DNA of 64,000 nt from a virus (lineage: Duplodnaviria; Caudoviricetes). Shown piece after piece: positions 17,177 to 26,330 of the stretch. The stretch covers positions 4,173 through 68,172 of IMG/VR virus record IMGVR_UViG_3300033076_001578; one strand, written 5' to 3'. The number at the start of each line of letters is the position of its first letter. Position 1 is the first letter of the stretch. The notes under the pieces were generated by a model. The model ran no database searches and was not told the DNA's origin. It saw only the letters and a program-made list of their open reading frames with translations. Made by a program: the position numbers and the translations under genes.

Positions 17177-19015
17177 ATGACTTCCACCCGCAACTCCCGT
17201 GGCCCGCGCACCCAGGCTGCCGACGTCCTGCACGCTATGAAGTACCGAAGCCCCGGCGAGGACTTCCGCGAGTCCATGAACCGAGTCGCCTTCAAACTGG
17301 CCGACGGCGGCGACCACTACCACGCCTTCCGCGAGGTCCTGCTGGAGCAGCGGTTCCTCCCCGGCGGCCGCGTCCAGGGCGCGATCGGCGCCAGCCGGAA
17401 GGTGACGCCGTTCAACTGCTACGTCGCGCCGACGATCCAGGACTCCTTCGTCCACGGCGACGACAGCATCATGAAGGTCGCGGAGGCGGCCGCGGCGACA
17501 ATGCGCATGGGCGGCGGCATCGGCTACGACTTCTCCGCACTGCGGCCGCGCGGCGACATCATCAACGGCCTGCACAGCCACTCGAGCGGGCCGGTCAACT
17601 TTATGACGATCTTCGACGCCGTCTGCCGGTGCGTCGCCAGCAGCGGCCACCGCCGCGGCGCCCAGATGGGCGTCATGCGGATCGACCACCCGGATGTCGA
17701 GGAGTTCATCAAGGCCAAGCAGTCGACGCCCGCGCAGGACGCGATCCGGCGCGCTGCCGAGGACCTGCCGGACGCCCGGCGCCAGGAGATCGAGATCGCG
17801 CTCCAGTCCTTCAACCACCTGACCGGCTTCAACGTCTCGGTCGCCGTCACCGACGAGTTCATGAACGCGCTGGCGCGCAAGGCAACCTTCGACCTGAAGT
17901 TCGGCGGGAAGGCTTACAAGACCGTCGACGCCGAGGAGCTCTGGGAAAAGGTCATGCGCTCGACCTGGGACTTCGCGGAGCCCGGCGTCCTCTTCATCGA
18001 CCGCATCAACGAGATGAACAACCTCTGGTACGCCGAGACGATCGCGGCGACGAACCCGTGCGGCGAGCAGCCGCTCCCGCCCAACGGCGCGTGCCTGCTG
18101 GGGTCGTTCAACCTGGCCGCCTACCTCATATCGCGGCCCGGCCACCAACCGGCGTGGGACTTCGACTGGGACCGCCTGAAGGCTGATATCCCGATCGTCA
18201 CGGCCGCGATGGACAACATCTTCGAGCACGCCCTGTTCCCGCTCGAGGCGCAGGCGCGCGAGGCCCGCAACAAGCGGCGCATGGGCCTTGGCATCACCGG
18301 CCTCGCCAACGCGGCGGAAGCCTGCGGATGCGTCTACGGCGGCGAGGACTTCCTCGTCTTCGAAAAGCGCGTCCTCGAGCTCATCAAGGTGGAGACGTAC
18401 CGCGCGAGCGCGATGATCGCTTCCAAGAAGGGAGCGTTCCCCCTGTTCGACGCGGAGCGTTACCTCCAGGGCAAGTTCATCGTGACCCTGCCGGAGGACG
18501 TCCGCGACCTGATCAAGAAGCACGGCATCCGCAACAGCCACCTCACCTCGATCGCGCCGACGGGCACGATCAGCATGTGCGCCGACAACGTCTCCAGCAG
18601 CATCGAGCCGGTGTTCGCCTACGCGACGACGCGGCCCATCAACACGCCGGACGGCCCGGTGGTCGCTACCATCGAAGACTACGGCGCCGGGTTCCTGGGG
18701 GTCAGGGGGAAGCTCTCGGCGGACGTTACCGCGGCCGAGCACGTCGCGGTCCTGGTGGCGGCCCAGCTGCACGTCGACAGCGCCGTGTCCAAAACCTGCA
18801 ACGTCCCCGAGACGATGCCCTGGGACGAGTTCAAGAGCATCTACGTCGCCGCCCACGACGGCGGTGCCAAGGGCTGCACGACGTTCAACGCGGGCGGCAA
18901 GCGCATGGCCCTGCTGACGCCGACCAAGTCGAAGGCGGACGTCGCCGAGCCGATCGCGCTGGACGGTGGCACCTGCGAAGTCGACCCCGCCACCGGAAAG
19001 AGGAACTGCGAGTAG
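17177..19015 (+). CDS. nrdJ: Ribonucleotide reductase, class II (adenosylcobalamin-dependent)
   Basis: RFLPGGR, NCY, GGGIG, RRGAQM, TNPCGEQPL, IAPTGTIS, KGCTTF and a C-terminal Cys pair; no beta-subunit gene nearby. Confidence 0.92.
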   Translation: MTSTRNSRGPRTQAADVLHAMKYRSPGEDFRESMNRVAFKLADGGDHYHAFREVLLEQRFLPGGRVQGAIGASRKVTPFNCYVAPTIQDSFVHGDDSIMKVAEAAAATMRMGGGIGYDFSALRPRGDIINGLHSHSSGPVNFMTIFDAVCRCVASSGHRRGAQMGVMRIDHPDVEEFIKAKQSTPAQDAIRRAAEDLPDARRQEIEIALQSFNHLTGFNVSVAVTDEFMNALARKATFDLKFGGKAYKTVDAEELWEKVMRSTWDFAEPGVLFIDRINEMNNLWYAETIAATNPCGEQPLPPNGACLLGSFNLAAYLISRPGHQPAWDFDWDRLKADIPIVTAAMDNIFEHALFPLEAQAREARNKRRMGLGITGLANAAEACGCVYGGEDFLVFEKRVLELIKVETYRASAMIASKKGAFPLFDAERYLQGKFIVTLPEDVRDLIKKHGIRNSHLTSIAPTGTISMCADNVSSSIEPVFAYATTRPINTPDGPVVATIEDYGAGFLGVRGKLSADVTAAEHVAVLVAAQLHVDSAVSKTCNVPETMPWDEFKSIYVAAHDGGAKGCTTFNAGGKRMALLTPTKSKADVAEPIALDGGTCEVDPATGKRNCE

Positions 19016-19016
19016 G

Positions 19017-19403
19017 ATGAGCCAGTTCCGCCTCATCAGGAAGGGCTTCCCCGCGGACGGCGTTCCGCGGAGGGATCCCATGTCGCACGCGAGCTTCCGC
19101 GACCTCTACGAGGCGAAGTTCGAGCCGCCTGGCGGCGCGCGGACGTTCGCGGAGTACGACGCCGCGGCGGCCGGTCGGTTGTGCGCCCGGCGGCCGCACG
19201 TCATCCTGCGCGAGGATCCCATGTTCGGCCGCCGCGGTTACGCCAAGGAGGTCATCGCGGACGCGAAGCACGGCTACCTCGTCCTCGTCATTGCCTTCAC
19301 GGCGCGCAAGGACCAGCGCGGCGACTGGCAGGAGCCGCTCAAGCCCAAGGACTGCGACCGGCGCTACTGGCCTCCCGGCAAGGTGGAGTTCGCCCCGCGA
19401 TGA
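19017..19403 (+). CDS. Hypothetical protein
   Basis: 128 aa from ATG 19017, coupled to the helicase. Confidence 0.65.
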   Translation: MSQFRLIRKGFPADGVPRRDPMSHASFRDLYEAKFEPPGGARTFAEYDAAAAGRLCARRPHVILREDPMFGRRGYAKEVIADAKHGYLVLVIAFTARKDQRGDWQEPLKPKDCDRRYWPPGKVEFAPR

Positions 19404-20869
19404 AGAAGCGGCTCGTCCTCGGCGGTCCCGGCGCAGGCAAGACGGCGCGGTTGCTCCGCATCGTCCACGCCGCGCTCGAGGCTGGCTCGCGGCCGGACCG
19501 CATCGCCTTCGTCAGCTTCACGCGGGCCGCCGTCGACGAGGCCAAGCGCCGGGCCTGCGAGGCCTTCGGCCTGACGCCCGACGAGCTGCCGCACTTCCGC
19601 ACCGTCCATTCCCTTGCCTTCCGCGAGCTGGGAATCGGCCGGGCCGACGTCGTCGACGACAACCACCTGGTGCGCGTTTCCGAGCTGACCGGCGAGCTCC
19701 TGTCGACCCTCGAGGATCCCTTCTCCGACGCGCCCGTGCAGGGCCGCCAGGCCGACCCGCTGCTGACGCTGGACCATTACGCGCGGACGACCTGTCGCGA
19801 TCTGGAGACCGCCTGGTCCGACCATGGCAGCGACCTCGAATGGTTCCGGCTCCAGCGGTTCCACCGCGCCTACACTCAATACAAGGACGACGAGGGCGTC
19901 CTCGACTTCACGGACATGCTCTCGCGTTACGCCGACGGTCCGAGCGCCCCGCTCGACCTGGACATCGCCGTGGTCGACGAAGCCCAGGACCTTTCGCGTC
20001 TCCAATGGCGCGTCGTCATGAAGGCGTTCGCGGGCGCGGGCGAGCTGGTGGTCGGCGGCGACGACATGCAGATGATTCATCACTGGGCGGGCGCCGACGA
20101 AGAGCGCTTCCTCAGCCTGGAGTCCGAGGGCTTCCAGATCGAGAACCTCCCCCTGTCCCACCGCCTTCCTGTTACGCCCTTCGAGCTGGCGCAGGAGATC
20201 GGGCACCGCATCGAGCGCCGGTACCGCCGCGAGTGGCGGCCATCGGACCGACCCGGGTCGCTGGACTGGGTCGCCAGCGCCGACGAGGTCGACCTCAGCG
20301 TCGGGAAGGACTGGCTGATGCTGGCCCGGACGCGCTCCCAGCTGGCCGGGCTGGCCCAGGCGGCCCGGGACCAGGGGGTCGCATACGAGATAAAGGGCGA
20401 GCGGTCGGTCATCTGGGCCGACGTGGTTGCCATCAAGGCCCACGAGGCCCTGCGCGCCGGGCGCGAGATCGGCCGGGACGACGCCGACGCCCTGGGAAAG
20501 GCCGTCGGGCGCCGCTTCGAGGCCTATGAGGGCGGCAAAACTGCCGCGGAGCTGGGCTACGACGCCGGGCGGATCTGGCACGATGCGCTAACGGCCATCC
20601 CGGTCGAGCGCCGGGAGTACTACCTGACGATCATGCGCCGCGGCGGCAAGCTGACCGACGATCCGCGCGTGCGAATCGACACCATCCACGGCGCCAAGGG
20701 TCGCGAGGCCGAGGGCGTCGTCCTCAGCACGGACATGACGTACCGGACCAGCCGGGCGATGGAGCTCGACCCCGACAGCGAGCACCGGGTCTTCTACGTC
20801 GGCCTCACGCGCGTCATGGAGCGGATGTTCCTGGTCGCGCCGCAGACCGCGTACGGGTACCGGATATGA
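19400..20869 (+). CDS. UvrD/Rep-like SF1 helicase (replication cluster)
   Basis: GGPGAGKT, SFT, FRTVHS, VVDEAQD, GDDMQMI, TIHGAKGRE, YVGLTR. Confidence 0.93.
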   Translation: MKKRLVLGGPGAGKTARLLRIVHAALEAGSRPDRIAFVSFTRAAVDEAKRRACEAFGLTPDELPHFRTVHSLAFRELGIGRADVVDDNHLVRVSELTGELLSTLEDPFSDAPVQGRQADPLLTLDHYARTTCRDLETAWSDHGSDLEWFRLQRFHRAYTQYKDDEGVLDFTDMLSRYADGPSAPLDLDIAVVDEAQDLSRLQWRVVMKAFAGAGELVVGGDDMQMIHHWAGADEERFLSLESEGFQIENLPLSHRLPVTPFELAQEIGHRIERRYRREWRPSDRPGSLDWVASADEVDLSVGKDWLMLARTRSQLAGLAQAARDQGVAYEIKGERSVIWADVVAIKAHEALRAGREIGRDDADALGKAVGRRFEAYEGGKTAAELGYDAGRIWHDALTAIPVERREYYLTIMRRGGKLTDDPRVRIDTIHGAKGREAEGVVLSTDMTYRTSRAMELDPDSEHRVFYVGLTRVMERMFLVAPQTAYGYRI

Positions 20870-21354
20870 ACTCAGGCGCTCCGCGCGACGACTTCGAGCG
20901 GGAGCTCTTCCCGCAGCTGAAGTTCTTCGAGCGGTTCGCCAAGAAGCTCACGATGAACTCGGAGCGCGGGGAGGACCTCTACGGCGAGACGATCATCAAG
21001 ATGCTCCAGCACAAGGAGTCGTACCGCCTGGGGACCAGCATCCGGAGCTGGGGCTGCTTCATCATGCGCAACATCTTCTATAGCGAGCGCCGACGCTCGT
21101 GGCGCTGGCAGGAGTGGAATGACGTTTTCGACGTGACCTTGCGCGCCAACGACAACCCGCACGCGCAGCTGGAGCTCAAAGAAGTGCTCGAAGCACTCAA
21201 GTACATCCCGATCGAGCAGGCGGAGGCGTTCATGATGATCGCCGAGGGAATGACGTACGAGGAGGCGGCTGCGGAAGCGGGCGTCGAAGTAGGAACGATG
21301 AAAAGCCGCGTCAGCCGCGGCCGCGCCGACCTGGAGAAGTTGTTTGCTAACTGA
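20866..21354 (+). CDS. ECF sigma factor, EcfG/SigT(SigU)-like
   Basis: Region 2 EDLYGET...SIRSWGCFIMRNIFYSERRRSWR and region 4 IPIEQAEAF...GMTYEEAA...GTMKSRVSRGR. Confidence 0.92.
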   Translation: MNSGAPRDDFERELFPQLKFFERFAKKLTMNSERGEDLYGETIIKMLQHKESYRLGTSIRSWGCFIMRNIFYSERRRSWRWQEWNDVFDVTLRANDNPHAQLELKEVLEALKYIPIEQAEAFMMIAEGMTYEEAAAEAGVEVGTMKSRVSRGRADLEKLFAN

Positions 21355-21394
21355 CTTCGACATGTTCGGATACAGGAGGATCGAGGCGATCGAC

Positions 21395-22216
21395 ATGGGT
21401 AAATCCGTCTGCAACGACCCGGGCGACCCGCCCGAGTTCCTGATGCTCCGTCCCGACCAGCTGGTGGTCAACGAGGAGTACCAGCGCCAGCTCACGAAGT
21501 CGTCGCTGGCCCAGATCAAGCGCATGGCCCAGAACTTCGACTGGGACAGCTACAAGGCGCTCAATGTCGCGAAGACCGACACCGACGGCGTGTACGAGGT
21601 CGTCGACGGACAACACACGGCGATCGCGGCCAAGACGAACGGCCTGGTGCCGTTCCTGCCATGCCTGCTGGGCCGCGGGACGACGCTGAAGGAGAAGGCG
21701 CGCGGGTTCATCGGCATCAACACGGAGCGGACGGCGCTTACGCCCATGGCGATCTTCAACGCCAAGGTCGCCGCCCAGGACGACGAGGCCATCGCCGTCG
21801 AGACGGCCATGAGCCGCGCTGGCGTGACCCTGCTCCAGCTGCCGCCGAACAACCGCAAGTACAACGTCGGCGACACCGTGGCGGTCGGGACGATGCTCTC
21901 GGTCGCCCGCAAGCATGGCGACGCGCGCCTGTCGACGGTCCTGCGCGTGGCCGTCCTCGCCAAGGCGGCGCCGGTCACGGCCATGCTCATTAAGGCGCTG
22001 AACGAGGTTGTGCCACTGGAATCGACGCAGGCTGACCGCGATGCGATCGTTGCCGCACTGACGCGCCAGGGGATCCCGCGGCTCGAGGTGGTTGCTACGG
22101 CCGAGACCGCGGTCGGGCACCGATCGTTCGAGACGATGGCGGACAAGATAGCCGAAGCCGCGGGCCTCCCGCGGATGCGGCGCGGAAAGGCGATCAAGAA
22201 AAGGGACAGACGATGA
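21395..22216 (+). CDS. ParB/Srx-fold protein (DUF6551-like, DGQH motif)
   Basis: L.VNEEYQR, FDW, YEVVDGQHT and A..FI..N..R motifs. The start could also be ATG 21362. Confidence 0.8.
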   Translation: MGKSVCNDPGDPPEFLMLRPDQLVVNEEYQRQLTKSSLAQIKRMAQNFDWDSYKALNVAKTDTDGVYEVVDGQHTAIAAKTNGLVPFLPCLLGRGTTLKEKARGFIGINTERTALTPMAIFNAKVAAQDDEAIAVETAMSRAGVTLLQLPPNNRKYNVGDTVAVGTMLSVARKHGDARLSTVLRVAVLAKAAPVTAMLIKALNEVVPLESTQADRDAIVAALTRQGIPRLEVVATAETAVGHRSFETMADKIAEAAGLPRMRRGKAIKKRDRR

Positions 22217-22704
22217 AAGGTCCTGTCCTCTTCAAGAAACCATGTAAATGGTGCAAGACGATGTTCCGTCCGAAACGGATGGGATACAATGCGAAATACT
22301 GCTCGGATAAGTGTAAGCGCGCAAACCAACGAGATCGCGTTCGCAGGAATAATCCAGAACAGTTAAGGTTGGCACGACGTCGGTCGTATGAGCAGACTCG
22401 CGCGCATCCAGATCGTTTGGAAAAGCATCAGCGATATTCCGTTGACCATAGATATAAAACCAGAAAATGGCTCGCCGATTACAAGATGAAACGTGGATGC
22501 GTTGACTGTGGATATAAGAAGCATCCGGCTGCACTACAACTTGACCATGAAGGGACAAAAACAATTTCTATTTGTCGTGCCCGGTCGAGTATCCCGCGGT
22601 TAAAAGCTGAGATCAGGAACGGGAAGTGTAAAGTTCGGTGCGGCAATTGCCACGCGATTAAAACCTGGGAACGTAAACAAGCGAAAAAGGAGTCGAGGAA
22701 ATGA
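22213..22704 (+). CDS. HNH-type endonuclease with N-terminal Zn motif (low GC)
   Basis: CKWC...YCSDKC, CVDCG...LQLDH and KCKVRCGNCH motifs. Confidence 0.8.
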   Translation: MKGPVLFKKPCKWCKTMFRPKRMGYNAKYCSDKCKRANQRDRVRRNNPEQLRLARRRSYEQTRAHPDRLEKHQRYSVDHRYKTRKWLADYKMKRGCVDCGYKKHPAALQLDHEGTKTISICRARSSIPRLKAEIRNGKCKVRCGNCHAIKTWERKQAKKESRK

Positions 22705-23291
22705 CCATCAGAGAACGGGTGCTCGTCCGCGTCAAGGCATACATGGATTCCCGCCCCCCTGACCTCGAGATCGGCCCACCGGGCGACCGCTACATGCTCC
22801 GGTGGATTGTCGGACCGTGGGGGCGTGGTGATCCCCGAACGATGACGAAGCGGCAGTTATTCTTCCGATGTTTTCCGAACTTATATCTCCACCGCGTCAG
22901 GCACAACGACGAGGATCGCGCGCTCCATGATCACCCGTTCCCAAGTTGTTCGTGGCTCCTCGAGAATGGTTATTGGGAAGTCCTTTTCTATCCGATCTCA
23001 CAGAACCGTATCGCGGCGCTCCGTGCGGCAGGTCAGCCCAGACCGACCGTAAAGGTATGGCGACCGCAAGGTGGCGTGTTCCTTCGCCGTGCTACGGAAG
23101 CGCATCGTCTCGTGCTTGATACGAAGCCCGGGAAACTTGGCAGGACCGAGCCGGTTGAAGTGATATCCGCTTTTTTCATTGGCTTCCGGTCGCGCGACTG
23201 GGGCTTCCACTGTCCCAGGGGGTGGATCCCGTGGAAGGCCTTCGTCAGCGACCGTGACCGCGGAGCGGTGGGTGCCGGGTGCGGGGATTAA
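22701..23291 (+). CDS. Cupin-like (double-stranded beta-helix) phage protein
   Basis: LYLHR...D.DRALHDHPF..CSWLL..GY.E, R.A...HRL and WGF motifs. Confidence 0.75.
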   Translation: MTIRERVLVRVKAYMDSRPPDLEIGPPGDRYMLRWIVGPWGRGDPRTMTKRQLFFRCFPNLYLHRVRHNDEDRALHDHPFPSCSWLLENGYWEVLFYPISQNRIAALRAAGQPRPTVKVWRPQGGVFLRRATEAHRLVLDTKPGKLGRTEPVEVISAFFIGFRSRDWGFHCPRGWIPWKAFVSDRDRGAVGAGCGD

Positions 23292-23297
23292 GCAGTC

Positions 23298-23326
23298 TTT
23301 ACTTTTCTTTAAACCCGGCTTAGGCT
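23298..23326 (+). promoter_or_regulatory. Sigma70-type early promoter TTTACT-N17-TAGGCT
   Basis: One of four CTTTACTTTTC copies, all located at operon starts. Confidence 0.75.
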
Positions 23327-23351
23327 GGGAATCAAACCGGAGACGAATCGA

Positions 23352-24317
23352 ATGACCGTTCCTTCCGCCGTCGTAGTCGCCGACAGCATCTCGCCGCAGG
23401 GCCACCGGCTACGCAGCGTCCAGGTCACCGCGCACCGCTTCATCCTCGCCGAGATCAACACGCACAGGATGTTGTCGCGCAGCTACCGAAGCAGTCGGGC
23501 CGTTCCGGTCAAGCGACTCCTCGAAGAAGTCCGGACGAACCCGGCGATGCCGGTTCATTGGGGCGCGAACGAGCCTGGGATGCAGGCGCGGGCAGAGCTC
23601 GACGACGTCGATCCTGTTCCAGGCTGGATGTTGACCGCGCGCGGGATCGCCAAGCATCGGTGGCGCGACGCGGCCTACGAGGCGGCCCGCGCCGCCGAGC
23701 TCCTCGCCGGAACGGGACTGCATAAGCAGATCGCGAACCGCGTCCTCGAGCCCTTCCTCTGGGTCCATGGCATCATAACCGCGACCGAGTGGGACAACTT
23801 CTTCGGTCTGCGCCTCCATGAGGACGCGCAGCCGGAGTTCCGCGTGCTCGCCGACGCGGCCTGGACGGCGATGAAGGCGTCGGAGCCGACGCGGCTCGAT
23901 CCGGGCGGCTGGCACCTCCCGTACGTCGACGAGGACGACAAGGCGCGGCTCCTCGACATTTCGCGCACCCACCACGACCTGTCGCTCCTCGACCTCTCGC
24001 TCAAGACGTCGACGGCCCGCTGCGCGCGGAGCTCCTACAACTCCTTCGACACGGGCAAGCGGTCGACGCTCGAGGAAGACCTCGTCACCTATGCCAAGCT
24101 GAACATCCCCGGGACCGAGTACTACGACCCGACGCGCCCGATCCACGCGAGCCCGGCCGAGCACCAAGGGACGCCGGACAAGATGGTCGAGTCGGAATGC
24201 GGCCGGTACGAGGAGTGGGAGAAGCCGGACGAGCACGGCAACTTCGTCGGCTTCTGCCAGTACCGGAAGATGCTTCCGGGCGAAGCCGTCGCGCCGCTGC
24301 CGGAGGACTATCGGTGA
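23352..24317 (+). CDS. thyX: Flavin-dependent thymidylate synthase (ThyX-like)
   Basis: ADS.S..G.RL, RFILAEINTHRMLSR..RSSRAVP, HKQIANRVLEPF, SxARCAR.SY, HASPAEH. Confidence 0.85.
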   Translation: MTVPSAVVVADSISPQGHRLRSVQVTAHRFILAEINTHRMLSRSYRSSRAVPVKRLLEEVRTNPAMPVHWGANEPGMQARAELDDVDPVPGWMLTARGIAKHRWRDAAYEAARAAELLAGTGLHKQIANRVLEPFLWVHGIITATEWDNFFGLRLHEDAQPEFRVLADAAWTAMKASEPTRLDPGGWHLPYVDEDDKARLLDISRTHHDLSLLDLSLKTSTARCARSSYNSFDTGKRSTLEEDLVTYAKLNIPGTEYYDPTRPIHASPAEHQGTPDKMVESECGRYEEWEKPDEHGNFVGFCQYRKMLPGEAVAPLPEDYR

Positions 24318-24796
24318 CCGACGATCCTTTCGACCGGATCGGCGAATTCGATCGGCTCTACGGCGGCGTCGCGAAGCGCGAGCGCTTCGGCGAAGGCGGG
24401 ACGGCGACGGTTGCTGCGCCGGGATCCGAGCTCGGCTTCGGATTGCTGGACGGGCTGATGGCAGCGATGGACCGAATCATGCGTCCCGAGGAACGGATCT
24501 TCGACCTGCCGATGGTCGACCTCGTCATGCCGGACATGAAGGAAGACCTCTACCGCTTCCGCCTTGAAACGATGTTCCCGCCGGTCATCCACCACGCGCC
24601 GTTCGTAGGCCGCCTCTACGACTTCGATCCGCCGCGCCGGTCCTTCCGGGATGAGTTCTGGGACACGATGAAGTTCTTTTCGATGCTGCGGCCGCTGCGC
24701 CAGCGCGGGAAGAAGCGCGCCAAGCGGTTCAAGGTCGCGGCGGCGAAGCGGCGCAACGGCTGGCGCAGGCACCTCAAAAACGGGAAGCGGTCATGA
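24314..24796 (+). CDS. Hypothetical protein with a basic C-terminus
   Basis: 160 aa from GTG 24314 with coupled start/stop. Confidence 0.6.
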   Translation: MTDDPFDRIGEFDRLYGGVAKRERFGEGGTATVAAPGSELGFGLLDGLMAAMDRIMRPEERIFDLPMVDLVMPDMKEDLYRFRLETMFPPVIHHAPFVGRLYDFDPPRRSFRDEFWDTMKFFSMLRPLRQRGKKRAKRFKVAAAKRRNGWRRHLKNGKRS

Positions 24797-25413
24797 AGGT
24801 CCTGGTCGCCTGCGAGTTCTCCGGGACCGTCCGGAACGCCTTCGCCGCCCGCGGCCACGACGCGTGGAGCTGCGACCTGCTCCCCAGCGACGACGGCAGT
24901 AACCGGCACATCACCGGCGACGCCACCGCAATCCTCGACCAGGGCTGGGACCTGCTGATGGTCGCGCACCCGCCTTGCACGCGGCTCTGCAACTCCGGCG
25001 TCCGCTGGCTCTCGGTACCGCCGCCCGGCAAGACCCTCGACCAGATGCGGCGCGAGCTCGAGGAGGGCGCGGCCCTGTTCTCCGCCTTCTGGAACGCGCC
25101 CATCCCGCGCGTCGCCATCGAGAACCCGGTCATGCACAAGCACGCGAAGGCCCTGATCAGGAACTACGAGCCGCCCGCCCAGAGCGTCCAGCCCTGGCAG
25201 TTCGGCCACGGCGAAACGAAGCGGACATGCTTCTGGCTGCGCGGACTGCCGGTCCTGCGCGCCACCGACGTGGTTGACGGCCGCGAGGCACGGGTACACC
25301 GCATGCCACCCGGCCCAGACAGGTGGAAAGAGCGGTCGCGCTTCTTCCCCGGCATCGCAGCGGCCATGGCCGACCAGTGGGGCGAATACGCCCTCGAACA
25401 AATTGCAGCGTGA
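24793..25413 (+). CDS. Short phage DNA cytosine-C5 methyltransferase-like protein
   Basis: VLVACEFSG, SCDL, AHPPC (catalytic PC), IENPV, QPWQFGH, K.TC.WL. Confidence 0.8.
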   Translation: MKVLVACEFSGTVRNAFAARGHDAWSCDLLPSDDGSNRHITGDATAILDQGWDLLMVAHPPCTRLCNSGVRWLSVPPPGKTLDQMRRELEEGAALFSAFWNAPIPRVAIENPVMHKHAKALIRNYEPPAQSVQPWQFGHGETKRTCFWLRGLPVLRATDVVDGREARVHRMPPGPDRWKERSRFFPGIAAAMADQWGEYALEQIAA

Positions 25414-25423
25414 GGAGATCGAA

Positions 25424-25777
25424 GTGAGCGAATCCAAAGAAGTACCCCCTGCCCTAGCGCCGATCCGCCCCGACCAGGGGGACTCGGAGCCGCGTAAGGC
25501 CCACTACGGCGACGGCGTGCAGCCCTGGGACCTGATCCTGGCCGCCGGTTGGGGACCCGCCTTCGCGGCGTCCAACGTCCTGAAGTACCTGCGCCGTACC
25601 AAGAACCCCGAGCACTCGGCCGAGTCGGCCGCCTGGTACTACGACCGGCTCGTCGAGGGCTGCGCTGGCAAGCTGACGGCGGCGCCCAACCCGGTCGCCG
25701 AGTGGCAGACCGCCCTCGACAAGCTGGAGATGACGCTGACCGTCGTCGAGCGCCTCCAGGCGCGGAGGCTCGCTTGA
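25424..25777 (+). CDS. DUF3310/SaV-like protein
   Basis: HY...QPWD.I.....F...NVLKYL.R.K....A.WY pattern. Confidence 0.75.
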   Translation: MSESKEVPPALAPIRPDQGDSEPRKAHYGDGVQPWDLILAAGWGPAFAASNVLKYLRRTKNPEHSAESAAWYYDRLVEGCAGKLTAAPNPVAEWQTALDKLEMTLTVVERLQARRLA

Positions 25778-26073
25778 AGCCGTTCATCGTCGTCCGCGTC
25801 CCGATCATCTTGACCGAAGAAAAGGCGCCCGCGCGGCGTCCGACCTACGGCCTCGCGCCGAACGTCGTCGGCGAGTTCGATACTGCGAAGGAGTCGGCCG
25901 ACGAGGTCGCCCGGCGGTCCTACGGCGACCGCCTCTACCACTACTACGGCCTCGAGCTCCGGTTCACGGGCGGGCCGGACCGCAAGACGGCGGCCGTCGT
26001 GTCAGCCAAGCCAGCCAAGGGCTCGCGCCCGAAGCTGGCGGTGAACAATAACCGGAAGGAGAAAAGGGCATGA
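25774..26073 (+). CDS. Hypothetical protein
   Basis: 99 aa, TTG start overlapping the upstream TGA. Confidence 0.6.
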   Translation: MKPFIVVRVPIILTEEKAPARRPTYGLAPNVVGEFDTAKESADEVARRSYGDRLYHYYGLELRFTGGPDRKTAAVVSAKPAKGSRPKLAVNNNRKEKRA

Positions 26074-26240
26074 CGCGCATCGAGACGACGAAGGATCTTC
26101 TCTACCACCTCGCCAACCGCGCAGGCGGCGCCGGGAAGGAGGGTCCGACGGGGACCGCCCAGACGCAGGCCGTGGCCGACCTGGGCCGCAGGATCGCGGA
26201 GGCGGCGACGCAGGGACCCGTGGAAGTGGTTGCGACGTAG
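26070..26240 (+). CDS. Small hypothetical protein
   Basis: 56 aa; ATAACCGGAAGGAG leader with ATGA coupling. Confidence 0.6.
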   Translation: MTRIETTKDLLYHLANRAGGAGKEGPTGTAQTQAVADLGRRIAEAATQGPVEVVAT

Positions 26241-26254
26241 GCCGAAACAGCCAC

Positions 26255-26284
26255 TTTACTTTTCCACGATGAACGGTCTATCGT
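26255..26284 (+). promoter_or_regulatory. Sigma70-type early promoter TTTACT-N18-TATCGT
   Basis: Intergenic CTTTACTTTTC copy upstream of the 26331 gene. Confidence 0.7.
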
Positions 26285-26330
26285 GGGCGACGGCGCCGAA
26301 TCGGGCGTCCATAACCGAAAAGGGCAGATC

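Noticed and set aside
17715-17815. Intein or intron in the RNR (extra segment STPAQDAIRRAAEDL...)
   Set aside because: About 30 aa, with no Cys/Ser start, His-Asn end or endonuclease motifs; it looks like a simple helical insertion.
21395-22216. Plasmid-type partition system (phage-plasmid)
   Set aside because: No ParA/ParM ATPase or parS array was seen, and the protein is of the DGQH/DUF6551 type rather than a classic HTH ParB.
23288-23302. CtrA box (TTAA-N7-TTAC) overlapping an early promoter
   Set aside because: One mismatch to TTAA-N7-TTAA and absent at the three sister promoters; too weak to call.
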